From the human T2T-CHM13v2.0 reference genome, Homo sapiens, in the NCBI RefSeq assembly GCF_009914755.1, contig NC_060926.1: a DNA stretch of 64,000 nucleotides; one strand, written 5' to 3'. Position 1 is the first letter of the stretch. Each line of letters starts with the position of its first letter. Below are positions 45,050-60,438 of the stretch, one piece after another. Below the pieces are notes generated by a model that worked only from the letters and a program-made list of their open reading frames with translations, was not told the DNA's origin and did not search any database. Both the position numbers and the translations under genes were made by a program.

Positions 45050-48000
45050 AACATATTAAAAACTGGGCTTGATATACAACTTTGTTTTATTCTGACTCTA
45101 TTTTGTGTAGATAAAATACTGCTTTAGTGAGTAACATTTAAAAAAGCCATGGTGAGAGCAGCATCTGCCTCTGTTCCTAGATAAAGGGCATGATTCTGAT
45201 GTTTTTCCTCACATACTGTGTCTACTAGGAATTTCTGCTAGACAACTTCAGTTAGAAATTTGAAAATCTTATTTGTAATTTCCCAAGAATTTTAATGAGG
45301 CTTGTGGGTTCCAGCTTTACTCAATACCTTCCCAGCATCGGCAGAGGAGGCCACAGGGCTTCCACTTCACTTCATTATTGTGTGAGCTACACTGGTAGAT
45401 TTCCAACGCAGTGCCATATTTACATGGCCTGCATGATGGTGATGCAGGTTTTCATTTATTCTTGGATTGAATTTGCTAATATTTTATTTGAAATGTTGCC
45501 TCTCTCTTCATAAGCAGAGTTGTGCTACAGTGCTCTTTTCCGATGCTGCACCTATTTGGGTGTTACAAACACACCAGCATCTGACAGTGGTCAGGGGTTG
45601 CCCATTCTTTTACTATGCTCAGGATTACCTTGTCTAAAATCAAATTTGGGCTTTTTGTTTTGAATAACTGGTAGAGCTTATTTGTGACTCTGGTCCTGAT
45701 AACCTCTGGGGTGGCAGATCTTTGGTTATGGGCTCAGTTCTGGGTGCAGTTAGTCTATTCGAGCCCATAAGTCTTTCCTGTTCTTTATTTTCTATTACCT
45801 TCCTATTACACTTTTTCATCTACTTCACATTTCTCACCCTCTTATGCTGAAAGCGAGTTGAGTTACGTTCACTGTGTCGTGCTTTTTGACAAGTGTAGTT
45901 AAGACTATGTATTTTCCTGTGACCCCCCCCCACAAATTTTGATACATGGTCCTTACATTGATGTTAATTCAAAATAGGTTTTAATTCAAATAAGAATTTC
46001 TTACATTAAACTTGAGCACCCACATGTAAGTGTAATTTCACATAAATGTAAAACTTAAACTGTGCCTGACTCTCCCGACACGAGTCTCTTCCTCTCCCTC
46101 CCTCATTTGCTAGACTCTCCTCCTGCTCACTCCCATGTTCTCCACTCATGCCCCTGCCCCCAAACCAATCATTTGACTCCCAAATGTTGATATTTGAAGT
46201 GTGTGTAGGGGAAAGGGGGCATGATAAATGAAACTAGAATAGTAAGAAGCTGGTGTAGACAGCATAGTGGGCTCAAAGGGATTCACTGGGCACCCCGTTT
46301 TAATCAGCATGCCCTTGCTATGATCTCAGCACTCATGGCATGCCCTTCCCATGATCCTGATGTTCATGGTGTGCCCTTCCCATGATCCTGATGCTCATGG
46401 TGTGCCCTTCCCATGATCTGAAAGTTCATAGCACATGCCCTTCCCATGATCTGAATGTTCATAGCACATGCCCTTCCCATGATCTGAATGTTCATAGCAT
46501 ACCCATCCCATTCTTTGAGTGCTCATAGTATGTTCTTCCTGTGATCTGAGTGCTGATATCATGCCCTTCCCATGATGCAAATGCTCACAGCATGCACTTC
46601 CTGTGATCTGAACGCTCATAGAGTGCTCTTCCTGTGATCCAAATGCTCATGGCATGCCCTTTCCATGACGTGAATGCTCATGGCGTGCCCCTCCTGTGTT
46701 CTGAATGCTTATAGAGTGCCCTTCACATGATCTGAGTGCTCATGGTGTGTCCTTTCTGTGATCCAAATACTCATGCTATGTCCTTCCCTTGATCCAAATG
46801 CTCATGGTGTGTCCTTCTGATGATCTGAGTGCTCATAGTGTGCTCTTCCCACGATATGAGTGGTCACGGTGTGCCCTTTCCATGATATGAATGCTCACTT
46901 GGCTACACCTAAAGAAGTCATGCACAAGCATATTCTCTTGAATGTTGTTAACAAAAACAAGACTATGCTGAGTACACGTTCTGTATCTTGGATTCTCACT
47001 CAGTAGTGATGTGTCCTGGGAATCCCCCCAGTGGAGCGCCAAGCCATCCCTGCTTACGGCTGGACTGTTCCACACTCCGGGTCACAGCCATGGGTGTGCC
47101 CTTCCGTGTTACAGCCTCTGCCACAGCGTGGATCACCAGAAGTGACACTGCCAGGTTGGAAGGCAGCTTTAGCACTGCTATGCTGGTACTACTGTCTAAA
47201 AATTCTGTGACCCTCACAGCAACGACTGAGTGTACCCCTTACTCACATTCGCCATCCACACTGGCAACAGCCTTGTTTTTTTCTCATTTTTTTCTGCTTG
47301 TTTGGCGGCAAAAAAAAAAAAAAAAAAAAAAAAGGAGAGAGAGAGATATTTCGTTGTTACATTAGTTGCTTTCCCTGAATATTAGTGAATTTTAAAGTTG
47401 TCCTTTATTTATCTTTTTTTGGCAATTTGTATTTGTTCAACGAATGATCTGTTCATAGCCTTTGTCCATTTTTCTACTATTTGACTGTTAATTGATTTTA
47501 ATTGCTCCTTTCCACTCTAGATGTTAACTCTCTATCTCTCACTTTTCTTACAAATGTTTTTCTACAGCCCCATCAATACAGAACTGTCAGCATGAAGCAC
47601 TTTCATATTTTATAAGGCCAGGTCTACTTATGTGTTGATGGCTTCTAGGCTCAGTTTTGGTTCAGGAATCTCCTTTGCTCGAAGTCGACAGTGACCTCCT
47701 GGGTGGTATTACAGCACGGGTTTCCATTCATTTTGCACAGTGGACAGTCTGGGTGCGTTTTATTCCCATTCAGATGGAAAACCAGCTGGTTCTGCCCTCC
47801 TTCTCCCCACAGGCCTAGATAGCACTTTGTCACAGAAGAACTGGGGTCTGGTTCTGGGCTCTCTGTCTTCTTTTATTAACAGATTCATCTGTTCTTGTTG
47901 ACAATACCGTGTGGACTTGGTCATAGCGGCCTTATAGTATATCCTATTATCTGTCAAGTCAATACCGCATCACCATTCTTTTCCCTAGTTTATTAAGGAA

Positions 48001-49650
48001 TAAATAAATAATGGAATTTGTATCTTCATATAAACTTTAAAATTAATTTATCTATTTCAAAATGAAAAAGTACTATCATTATTATTGTAAATGAAATTGC
48101 ATTTAATTTATACATTCATTTAGAGAGAAATGATCTTTTCCCAAATTTTTTGTATATTTAATGATGTTTTATGATTTTCTTTTTGTAGATCATGTGATTA
48201 TTTTGTTAAATTTACACACCTGATTTTGATCAACTTTTTTGTCATTATGAAAGGGATTTTTTTTTCTCCATTACCATTCATGGTACTTTGCTAAAGAACA
48301 AAACAAAAAAGAAAGAAGGAAAAGAACAGTTTTATACTTATCCTCAGATCGAAGACATTTTTTAAAGAAATGTTATCAATTTTTTAGAATTTTTAGATGT
48401 TGTAGACATCTAACATAGCATTAAGAAAAAATAATTTTATTATGTTTTAAATCTTATTTTCTCTTACAGTAGCTTTACCAGCTCTTATTTTATTTTCTAG
48501 ACTTTGGTCTAACTGAGATAGTACTAAGTACCAACAATGATAGCGGGAGTTTCTGCTAGTCCTTAATTTTAAATTAAATTGTTCCATTGTTTCACTGCTC
48601 GAGATAATATTTGTTATTGTTTCTACATTATATTTTAGCAATTCCAATCTATTCTATTTCTATTTAACCAGGAATGGTAAGTAATAGTAAATTGTGTTAT
48701 TGCATTTTAAGTACCTATGATATTAATTTTTCTTCTTTAATTTGCTGACACCCTGGAAAATACAACTCTATTCTCCAACACGGAACCATTCTGTGAATAG
48801 ATTCTATTTGACTATGGTAATTGCTGTTTTGATTTGCTGCCCTATCTTTTATTATTTTATTTAGAAGGGATATTGATCTGTATGCCCTGTCCTTGTCCTG
48901 TTTTCATCAGAGGCCAATACAAAAGTTTCGCTGACTCTGTAGAGTGCACTGGGGCCCTTTTCATCTTTTCCATGGCTGAAATAGTTTAAGCAACCTTGGA
49001 GTTACCTATCCTTTCGAGATTTGATAGAAGTCCACCGTCAATGCCATCTGACCTCTGGATTTCTGATCACCTTGTCTATCTCTTCCATCCTCATTGTCCA
49101 TTGGAGTTTTACATTTCTTCTTGGAAAAGCTGTGGTTATTTCTATTTTGTTAGGGAGTCATCGATCTGTTCTTCATTTTCCAATGTGCTGCCATGAAACC
49201 GCATATACAGTCGCTCCTGGTTCTTCTCATCTCTCCTGCATGCCTGAGCCCTGCTCCTTTCTCATGGCAAATCCTGCCTCACTCGGTGCTCTTTCTTTGT
49301 TTTCCACACTGGGTTGTGAAGCAGGGCTTCATGTTTTCTTCCCACCAGGTCTTTTATTCATAGTTAATTATTTTAACTTCTGCATGCATTAATTTAACTT
49401 TCTCATTTATTTGTGCTTTAGCTCTTTGTTACTTAACTAAATTCTTAAAATAGCTACTTAATTTCTTGGTTTTTGTTGTTTTGATGAAAGCAATTTAAAG
49501 AGCACAGATTTTCTTCTGAGGAAGGCTTTGCTGGTGTGCTTGAATTTTCTTAACAAGTGAGTTAACTTTTCATTGATTTCTGGAGACACTTTCAGCTCTT
49601 CTTAAGAGTCTCTTTGAATCAGTGAGTAGGAGAATTTGCAGCTCCTTGTT
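45050..49650 (-). mobile_element. Patchwork of old L1M fragments
   Basis: AT-rich antisense L1 text (TTGGATTGAATTTGCTAATATTTTATTTG; TTCATAGCCTTTGTCCATTTTTCTA; GAAATTGCATTTAATTTATA). Boundaries approximate. Confidence 0.5.
46308..46899. repeat. Diverged minisatellite, 31-33-bp unit x~19
   Basis: TGCCCTTCCCATGATCTGAATGCTCAT(A/G)G repeated. Confidence 0.9.
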
Positions 49651-49801
49651 ATTTATTTGTAATTTTATTATTATTTGTGCTCTTCAATTTAATTCCTCTA
49701 TTTCCTCCCATTCTTGGGGCCTCTGGGCCTGTATATTCTGAAGGGCGTGCACTGAAGTTCCGGCTGTCACGGTTTTCTTGGCTTTCCTACTCTTTTGCTG
49801 A

Positions 49802-50233
<432 letters not shown>

Positions 50234-51224
50234 GGAAGCGCTTGTTTAATGCACGATCTTTTTTAACGTGGACCCTGTGCTGGCTCTGAGCCAAGGCTGG
50301 GGCCTCGTTGCTGCCCCGACCCCCAGCTGGCCTTGGGCTGCACAGCTGCCAGGCCTGGGCGCTGCCCAGAGGGGTTCTGACAGCATCTGCTTTGCTGCTT
50401 CACCACAAGGCCGACTCCCTCTCACCTACATTCTTTCTGCTGCACCTCCTGTGCCTGGGTCCATCAGGAGCTCGGCCTGTCTCCCTGCACCGCACGGCAC
50501 CGAGCGGCCAACCCCTGAGCGGCTGCTGGCTCGCTGGCCGCATTTCCCTAATGCAGCCCAGGTCTTCCGTTCCTTCCTACTCCTCAGTGCCCAGGCTGCA
50601 CTTTGCCCCGAGAGGAGCTTTCCCCTTATTTTCACTGGTAATAATAATGTCCTATTACGAGAAGACCGTGATCTTCAGGAAGAGTCTCTTTCGGAATCTG
50701 TCCAACCCCGGTGATCTTGTGATTCTGGATGAGCGATTTAACCTCCTAAATCTGATAACGCCCAGGGTAGGCCCTGACCCCGTGACACCTCACCAGGGAG
50801 GAAGAGCTGACAGGGAAAGGGCACATGCTCTCTGCAGCCCACAGAGCTCGACTCTTCCCAGGAAACCTGTAAATCTGGAAAAAATATTTTAGATCTCCAT
50901 GTTACAGATGAGAAGATGGAAGCTGGCCACAGCCAGAGTTGGAATCCCACCCAAGGTCTCCTCACTCCCCTCAAGCTGCCTTTACACTAAACAGTGATGC
51001 CCACAAAACTCGGAGACTGTTTACTCATTGTGCTCCTAAACCAAGTCCATGGCACTGGAAAGGAAGAAGTCAGCTCTTCCGAAAGTCAGAAAATAAACCA
51101 GACCGGGGATTCCATGAGCAGCTAGAGCAGGTCTGAGCAGGAGCGAGACTGGCTCAGGCCAAGAGCGTCTGAGCTTTGGGGAGATGTGGACTCCTAGGAT
51201 GTGGGGTCCATCCTCTGGGTTCAA

Positions 51225-51445
51225 CCTCTTCCAGGCAAGAGACCACCAGTGAGCAGGCTGAGGGGAGGTGCGGGGCTGGCTGGACCGACCCCTGCAGCCT
51301 CTTCCAGGCAAGAGACCACCGGTGAGCAGGCCAGGGGGGAGGTGGGGGGCTGGCTGGACCAACCCCTGCAGCCTCTTCCAGGCAAGAGACCACCGGTAAG
51401 CAGGCCGGGGGGGGAGGTGAGGGGACTGGCTGGACTGACCCCTAC
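51225..51445. repeat. 73-74-bp unit x3 just upstream of exon 8
   Basis: CCTCTTCCAGGCAAGAGACCACC at 51225, 51298 and 51372. Confidence 0.92.
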
Positions 51446-51469
51446 AGAGGACTGGAGGGGCAGAGAAAC

Positions 51470-52350
<881 letters not shown>

Positions 52351-53160
52351 TGTCCCACCTGCTTACCCTCCAGCCGGCTGGTGATTATCCCACCAAGACC
52401 CAACAACCACAGCCCCACAACAGTGGCAGCCAGACCACCCAGGTTTCCCGGTGCGCACAGCCAAGCTACGTGCTTTACAGATTTCAACTCATTTAATAAT
52501 TCCCAGAACAACCCTTGGAGGTGGGTGGACCAGGGGTGCTGGTGTTTTTGTATTTCAGAGACAGTGCAGTGAATGAAGAACCGACTCTGTGTGAGGATTC
52601 TGAACTAACAAGTTAGAGTCTATTTGAAACCTTTCTTCATTTTATGACTTTCTTAAGTATCACATGAGAGGGTCTTGAATGGAGAGTCAAGTTGGCCTTT
52701 TATTAATTGTGTGATGGAGAAAAGCACTTATGCACCTGGAAATGCGGTCCCTGACTCTAGGGGTCTCACAGGTTGTTAGGAAGAAGGATGGGCTGTTTGA
52801 TATGCGAGTCACCGTGTGTGTCTGTTGCACCAGGCCCTGTGGCGGCCTGGGCATCGTGTCTGCAGTCCTAGCCGGGAGCCTGCAGGGAGGTGCGCGTCAG
52901 TCCTGTTCTAAAGGAGGCACTGGAGCCTTGTCCGAGGAGGCACAGGGGCTGTGTGTGGCACCGGCTGCCCCCGGGCACCATGCGCCCCTGCCGCTTTCTG
53001 GCCTTCACTGCACTGGGGTCCAGGCCCCAAAGGTCAGAGCAGAGGGTCTGGGAAGCCTCCATGCGCTGGGTGTTAACCCTTAGTTCCTGGGTGGCGAGGG
53101 GACCTGGAGCTTCCTGGAACAGGGGCTGGCAGCAGCAGGCCCTCACACTTCTCCGGCAAG

Positions 53161-53430
53161 CACGGCAGACGGGCTCACTGTCCTAACACGCATCCACACA
53201 GCAAACACAGCAGACGAGCTCACTGTCCTAACGCACATCCACACAGCAAACACGGCAGACGAGTTCACTGTCCTAACGCACACATCCACACAGGAAACAC
53301 GGCAGACGGGCTCACTGTCCTAACACGCATCCACACAGCAAACACAGAAGACGAGCTCACTGTCCTAACGCACATCCACACAGCAAACACGGCAGACGAG
53401 TTCACTGTCCTAACACACACATCCACACAG
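53161..53430. repeat. 45-bp unit x6
   Basis: CACGGCAGACGGGCTCACTGTCCTAACACGCATCCACACAGCAAA. Confidence 0.95.
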
Positions 53431-54194
53431 TAGCGCTTGGTGGGGAGCATCAGCCGGACGGAGGAGGCTTATGTGGGTGAGAAGATCGAGTTAGAAATGA
53501 AAACAGGAACCTTGTCACTATGTGAAGTAAAAATCATCAGGCACCCACGTCGCTTTCAAGCAGCGACTCAGACACTTTCCTGCTTCCCCGTGCGAACGGG
53601 AATATAAACCCAGGAGCTGCTGAGCGGTGGAATCCAGGTCCTCGTCTCCATGAGTCTGGACTTCCGGCCACACGCGTGGGGAGGCAGGTCCCAGACGGCT
53701 GCCTTCTCCCCTCTGCTCAACCCCTGAGGCCTTCGGCGCTCCTGTCTGCTTCCTTGCTTCTGTGCCCCTTCCCTGACTGCGACCTCCACGGGCAGATGTT
53801 CATCCATTTAATTCTTGTTTCTCAGGACCCACAATTTGCCAGGTTGCTTCATAAATATATGTAGAGTTTGTGAATGAAGTAGAATCTCAAAAATAATTCT
53901 GGAAGTCCTGCCCCTTCTGTCTCCTCAGGAGCAGGATTTGGTTTGAACCTTCTTTGAGTGAGAACCTCATCCAGCCCAGGGAGCTGTGAGAAGAGCAGCT
54001 GCCTCTGATCCCTGGAGCCCGTTCACAGAGCGGGAAACGCCCAATTGTCACGCACCCTGTTGTCTTTCTTCTCCATGGAGTTCTGGGATTATTTAGAGGC
54101 GTGAATTATTACCAGGCCCAGTCATTGTAGATTAGAGACAGTTTAATTCCAAGTTACTGAGAATCCTACTGACCTAGAAATAATGACATTTGGT

Positions 54195-54565
<371 letters not shown>

Positions 54566-55040
54566 CCTTTTCTTATTATTAATGAAATAATAACAACAGC
54601 AACCAATAGGAAAAGTGTTCTTCTCTGTTTCATATTTACCTTCCTCAATTCATTTTCTGTGTGTTCTGCTTTTTAAAAAACTGTGAACATTCTTTTCTTC
54701 TTGGTTTTACATTTCACTTTTGAATTTCCTTTTGTATTTTTTTCAGTTAATAGGTCCTCTTTGGTGCTTTTTGCAAAAACCTTTGATACATTAAAATAAT
54801 AAGTTGTGTTTAACGTGTCGATAGAGCCACTGCTGCGACTTCTAGCCGTATTTGAAAGATCCACGGTGGCCTGGGCCTGGAAGCCTCATTTTTCTCTCCC
54901 TGGTTCTACTGACTCGTAGTTTGGTAACTTTGTAATCTGAATCTCTCTTCTTCTGAAAAACATTAGATAATGAAAAGAGATGCCAGGGCAACCTTATGAA
55001 AGAGAAATAGCATCCCCCCCTCTATCACCCCTCAAACCCC

Positions 55041-55042
<2 letters not shown>

Positions 55043-55100
<58 letters not shown>
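55043..55100. repeat. (AC)29 microsatellite
   Basis: Perfect 58-bp AC run. Confidence 0.98.
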
Positions 55101-55103
<3 letters not shown>

Positions 55104-55177
55104 CCAGCCAGGGCCAGGCTAATGCACACATCAGCAAGAGACAGGAAAGGTCATCTCAGAGCCGGGAGTCACAGCTT

Positions 55178-56385
55178 TCTCCTCCATCTGTCCACACCAC
55201 CTCCCTCCTCCTTCATCCGTCCAAACCATGTTTCTCCTGCTGCATCCGTCCACACCACCTCCCTCCTCCTGCTGCATCCGTCCACACCACCTCCCTCCTC
55301 CTTCATCCGTCCAAACCATGTTTCTCCTGCTGCATCCGTCCACACCACCTCCCTCCTCCTGCTGCATCCGTCCACACCACCTCCCTCCTCCTGCTGCATC
55401 CGTCCACACCACCTCCCTCCTCCTTCATCCGTCCACACCACCTCCCTCCTCCTTCATCCGTCCACACCACCTCCCTCCTCCTGCTGCATCCGTCCACACC
55501 ACCTCCCTCCTCCTTCATCCGTCCACACCACCTTCCTCCTGCTGCATCCGTCCACACCACCTCCCTCCTCCTGCTGCATCCGTCCACACCACCTCCCTCC
55601 TCCTTCATCCGTCCACACCACCTCCCTCCTCCTTCATCCGTCCACACCACCTCCCTCCTCCTTCATCCGTCCAAACCATGTTTCTCCTGCTGCATCCGTC
55701 CACACCACCTCCCTCCTCCTTCATCCGTCCACACCACCTTCCTCCTGCTGCATCCGTCCACACCACCTCCCTCCTCCTTCATCCGTCCACACCACCTCCC
55801 TCCTCCTTCATCCGTCCACACCACCTTCCTCCTGCTGCATCCGTCCACACCACCTCCCTCCTCCTTCATCCGTCCAAACCATGTTTCTCCTGCTGCATCC
55901 GTCCACACCACCTCCCTCCTCCTGCTGCATCCGTCCACACCACCTCCCTCCTCCTTCATCCGTCCACACCACCTCCCTCCTGCTGCATCCGTCCACACCA
56001 CCTCCCTCCTCCTGCTGCATCCGTCCACACCACCTCCCTCCTCCTTCATCCGTCCAAACCATGTTTCTCCTGCTGCATCCGTCCACACCACCTCCCTCCT
56101 CCTGCTGCATCCGTCCACACCACCTCCCTCCTCCTTCATCCGTCCACACCACCTTCCTCCTGCTGCATCCGTCCACACCACCTCCCTCCTCCTTCATCCG
56201 TCCAAACCATGTTTCTCCTGCTGCATCCGTCCACACCACCTCCCTCCTCCTGCATCCGTCCACACCACCTTCCTCCTGCTGCATCCGTCCACACCACGTC
56301 CCTGCTGCTGCGTCTGTCCTCACCACGTCCCTGCTGCTGCGTCTGTCCACACCACGTCCCTGCTGCTGCGTCTGTCCTCACCATA
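55178..56385. repeat. C-rich minisatellite, 29/32-bp units x~41
   Basis: Interleaved variants CATCCGTCCACACCACCTCCCTCCTCCTT, ...CTCCTGCTG and CATCCGTCCAAACCATGTTTCTCCTGCTG. Confidence 0.96.
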
Positions 56386-58209
56386 CCCACTCTAATTTGT
56401 CAGGGCCCAACCACAGCCGCCCCCACTCTGAGGATCTTGGCTCCTCTAATTTCTTTTGTCGAAAGCTGAGAGCTATCCCCTCCCTCAGCCCTGGGCCACA
56501 GGACTTCTGCTGTGGGCATGTTTGGGAGGGATCTGCAGGGCCGCCCTCTGTGCTGGTTCCTGGGATCCGGCATCTCTCGGGGGACTCGCACGTAGGAAGG
56601 GCTGATAAAGTTGCTCTTGCTGGCTTGAGATCCCACAGGACCCTGGATCCATAAGCCCTGCTTCCCACCAGGAGGAACTGAAGCTCTTGCTCTTCAATCC
56701 CAGAAAACCCTAGCTGCTTTAGGTGTGTCATAAGACAAGAACTCACAATCAGTTGCTCACTTTGGTGATAACTTTTGTGTTCTACAGACAAGAAAAGAAT
56801 GAGAAAGGAAACCCTTCCCAGCACAGGTGTGAGGGAGGCAGAGAGGAGGTAGCCATCCTCGGGGAGTCTGGGTGTGCCATCCAGGCAGCATGGAGTTTGG
56901 GTTCCACAGGGTGAAAAGATAAAGACATCCCAAATATCTGGCGTGGATGTTTTCTATGCCCCGGCCATCAGATAGCAGACCTATTTCTGGAGCACAGCCT
57001 TGATTTCCCCAGATATCCAGGGACCCACAGAAGCTTTGCTTTGGATGTGTGTGGAGGTAGAACCAGACCCCGGAGGGACTGCAGATCTCCCTGGACATCC
57101 CCATCCCGGGCAGGCAGATCCATGTCTCGGGGCAGGGGCTGCATCCCTGGGCCACTCGGCTGCTGACCTTTGCTGTAGCTGAGTACTTTTTCAGATTGGT
57201 TGCTCTTCCAGAGCAAAGGAGCAGATGGATAAAGTCATGCTTCCAAGGCTGGAAAGAAAGAGAAAGGGCCGTTCCTGCAGTGGGTGCTGTTGCTGCCCCA
57301 CCCAGGCCCCTTTATCTGCAGGGCCCCATCCCCCAGTGGCCTCCAATGTTGGCTGACAAAGTCTCCTGGTCGTTCCTCTCCAGGGGTAGCTGTGGAGGCT
57401 GTTCCCTGCCCTGCAGGGACAGCCAGGCCCCTACCTCAAGGCTGGACCAAGCCCAGGTGCGCCATGCTGCAGGGCTTCCTGCGGAGGAGCACAAGCCAGG
57501 CCTGGCTGTGTCACGTCCTTGGGGAGCTGGGTGCCTGCTCAGCCTCCTCCCTGGAGCACCCTCAGCAAGCATATGGGAGCCTCTTATTGGACTAATAGGG
57601 CATGTTTGAGAAAATGCTGAGTGATGTTCTGCGTAGAGCAGGGTAGGTGACTTTGAAAGCAGTCGAGAGTCAGAAAGTTCAGAGGAGCCTGTGCCAGGGG
57701 CTACGCGGCTGTTTCCCACCGTCGGTGACAAGGATCGCATCTCCAGGTCTCTTCGTCCTGGTCTCCCCGTGTGCTGGGGTCCTGGCTTCCCGTCACCTTC
57801 ACGCCCATCATTTTCCCAAGTGTGGACCTTTCAGTCATTCCCACTGGTGAGTTGTGAAGGCAAAGAAATGGAGAGTGGCCACAAGTCAGCACCTGGTGGC
57901 TTTGGCAGAGGCTGTGGGGAACCAGGAGGCTGGGGTGAGAGCAGACGTGGAGGAGCAGCTTGAAGCAGCCTGGGAAGATGAGGCCTCTACATGGTACCGC
58001 CAGCAGAGGAAGAAGACATGGCCCACCTGGGAGGTGAGCAGGAGGGGCACCTGACAGCGACGATGCCCCGGTCTCACAGTATGGCGTCTGCCCAGGTCCA
58101 ATAGTTCAGAGTAACCATTTCCCCCATGCGACCAGGTAAAGAAATACCAGAAGCATTTCCAGAAGAATTGCCATGAAAATTCCAGAGAGCTGTTTACAAG
58201 GTTCAAGTG

Positions 58210-58512
58210 TTTTCTTTTTCTCTTTTTGAGAAAGCATCTCCTCTATCACCTAGGCGGAAGTGCGGTGGTACAATCATAGCTCACTGCAGCCTCAACCTCC
58301 TGGGCTCAAGCAATCCTCCACCTCAGCCACCCAAGTAGCTGGGACTACAGGTGTACACCACCACACCTGGCTAATTTTTAATTTTTTAAATTTTTTTGTA
58401 GAAACAGAGTCTGACTGTGTTGCCCAGGCTGGTCTTGATCTTGGGCTCAAGCAATCCTCCCACTTTGGCCTCCCAAAGTGCTGGGATTACAGGCGCAAGC
58501 CACCGCGCCTGA
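58210..58512 (-). mobile_element. AluJ
   Basis: Diverged antisense Alu with J diagnostics (TCATAGCTCACTGCAGCCTCAACCTCCTGGGCTCAAGCAATCCTCC). Confidence 0.92.
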
Positions 58513-59997
58513 CTCAAGATTCAAGTTTTAAGGCCCCATTGGTCAGAACAATGGGTGCTTCTGCCCAACCTCGACGGCTCCCAGGGGAGGCTGCAGTATC
58601 TGAGCCAATCACTTACCAGGGATGTTTCAGATCAGATGAGGAGGCAGTGGGGAAGAGGAGAGACACACTGTTCAGAGCTCTGGCAAGATCAGACACTGAG
58701 GAAGTACAGTGTCTGTGAGGCTCTGATGAAGGGCGCAGGTTTCCTCTCTGTTAACAGCTAGCCGGGCACAGGTGGAGCTGCTGAACCTGAGGCTCAGGCC
58801 TCAGTTCTCTGCCTGTGCTTGCTGCATCCCCTGGCTCACAAGTCAAACTTCAGGCAGGCAAGAAGGGGAAGAGGTGTCTTCCTTAAAATAGCTTGCACTT
58901 GAATTTGAAATTGTCTCAGTCCCTGGGCTAAAAAGAGAGAGGCCTTTTCCTTTCTATTGTAGTGAGAAGAAACCAAAGAATGTTCCAGGGAACAGAAGGT
59001 GCTGCCTGAGTTCTGAATGTGGGAAGCACACGGACCTTCTCACGCGGTTAGGAGGAGCCCCTTGGACACCTGTGTGGTTCAGAAACGTTGCCACATAAAT
59101 TGCACCTGAGGTGGAGAGGCTGTTTGCACGATGAAGTCGTGCAACTACTCTCTGGGATGCTGACCCATAGCACAGTGCTTGGCACCAATGGATGAACTAG
59201 CACAGGGACGGAAACCCCACTGGGAAACATTTGGATGCTGCCTTTTCCTCCTTGTCTGTCCAGGTCTCCGAGGTGGAGCGGGACAGCGAGGGCAGGTGCA
59301 CCTTCAGTGAAGGCCCAGGCCACACAAGACTCACGGCTCTCCCTGGTCTCCCTGAAGGGCCAAATTACGTGCTTAGGAAATGCATTCTGGCACATGGAAG
59401 AAACATATTACAAGTGTGTAAATAATATTGGTTATTTTTAAACAATCCGCTTGCCTTCCTAAACTGGTAAGCTAAAAGAGAAGATTCATATTCTAGAATT
59501 ATTCCTATTATGCTTCATTTGGATGCAGTTTATTGACCAAAATATTCCCCTTAAATACCAAAACAACTTGACACTGATTTTTCTGTCTGAAAGAAACACT
59601 GTTAAACCTGAAAGTAGAATCTTGGTACATAATTCTCCTGGGACCATGTATCAAATCGTAATTTCCAGGCCCTGTGATTGCAACTGTAATTTTCCATCGA
59701 CAGAGCTCTCTGCCATACAACATGCTTTGATTTAATCCTCACAAAGGCTCTGGGAATTAGGTATTATTGTTGCTTTGTAGAAAAAGGAACTGCTCCCCAC
59801 TGTCAATCATCCAGCCAGGAGTCTAGCTGCCCAGCCTGGCCCGGTGGCCATTGTTGGCTCGACAGAGGTGCTGTCTCTTGCCACTGCCAGCCCCATCACC
59901 ATCCTGGGAAGGAGGCTCTCTAGTCAGCCCTATAAACGCACCTCCTGAATATCCATGAAAAAATCAGCAAGAAGGCATTTCTGGGAAGTTCAGCTGA

Positions 59998-60393
<396 letters not shown>

Positions 60394-60438
60394 TGAGTGC
60401 GGTCCCTGCAGCTGGTCCCCATGAACTCTCCCTTCTTT

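Noticed and set aside
54980-56654. 471/510/413-aa Pro/His/Ser-rich ORFs
   Set aside because: The stop-free C-rich VNTR is open in all three + frames; artefact.
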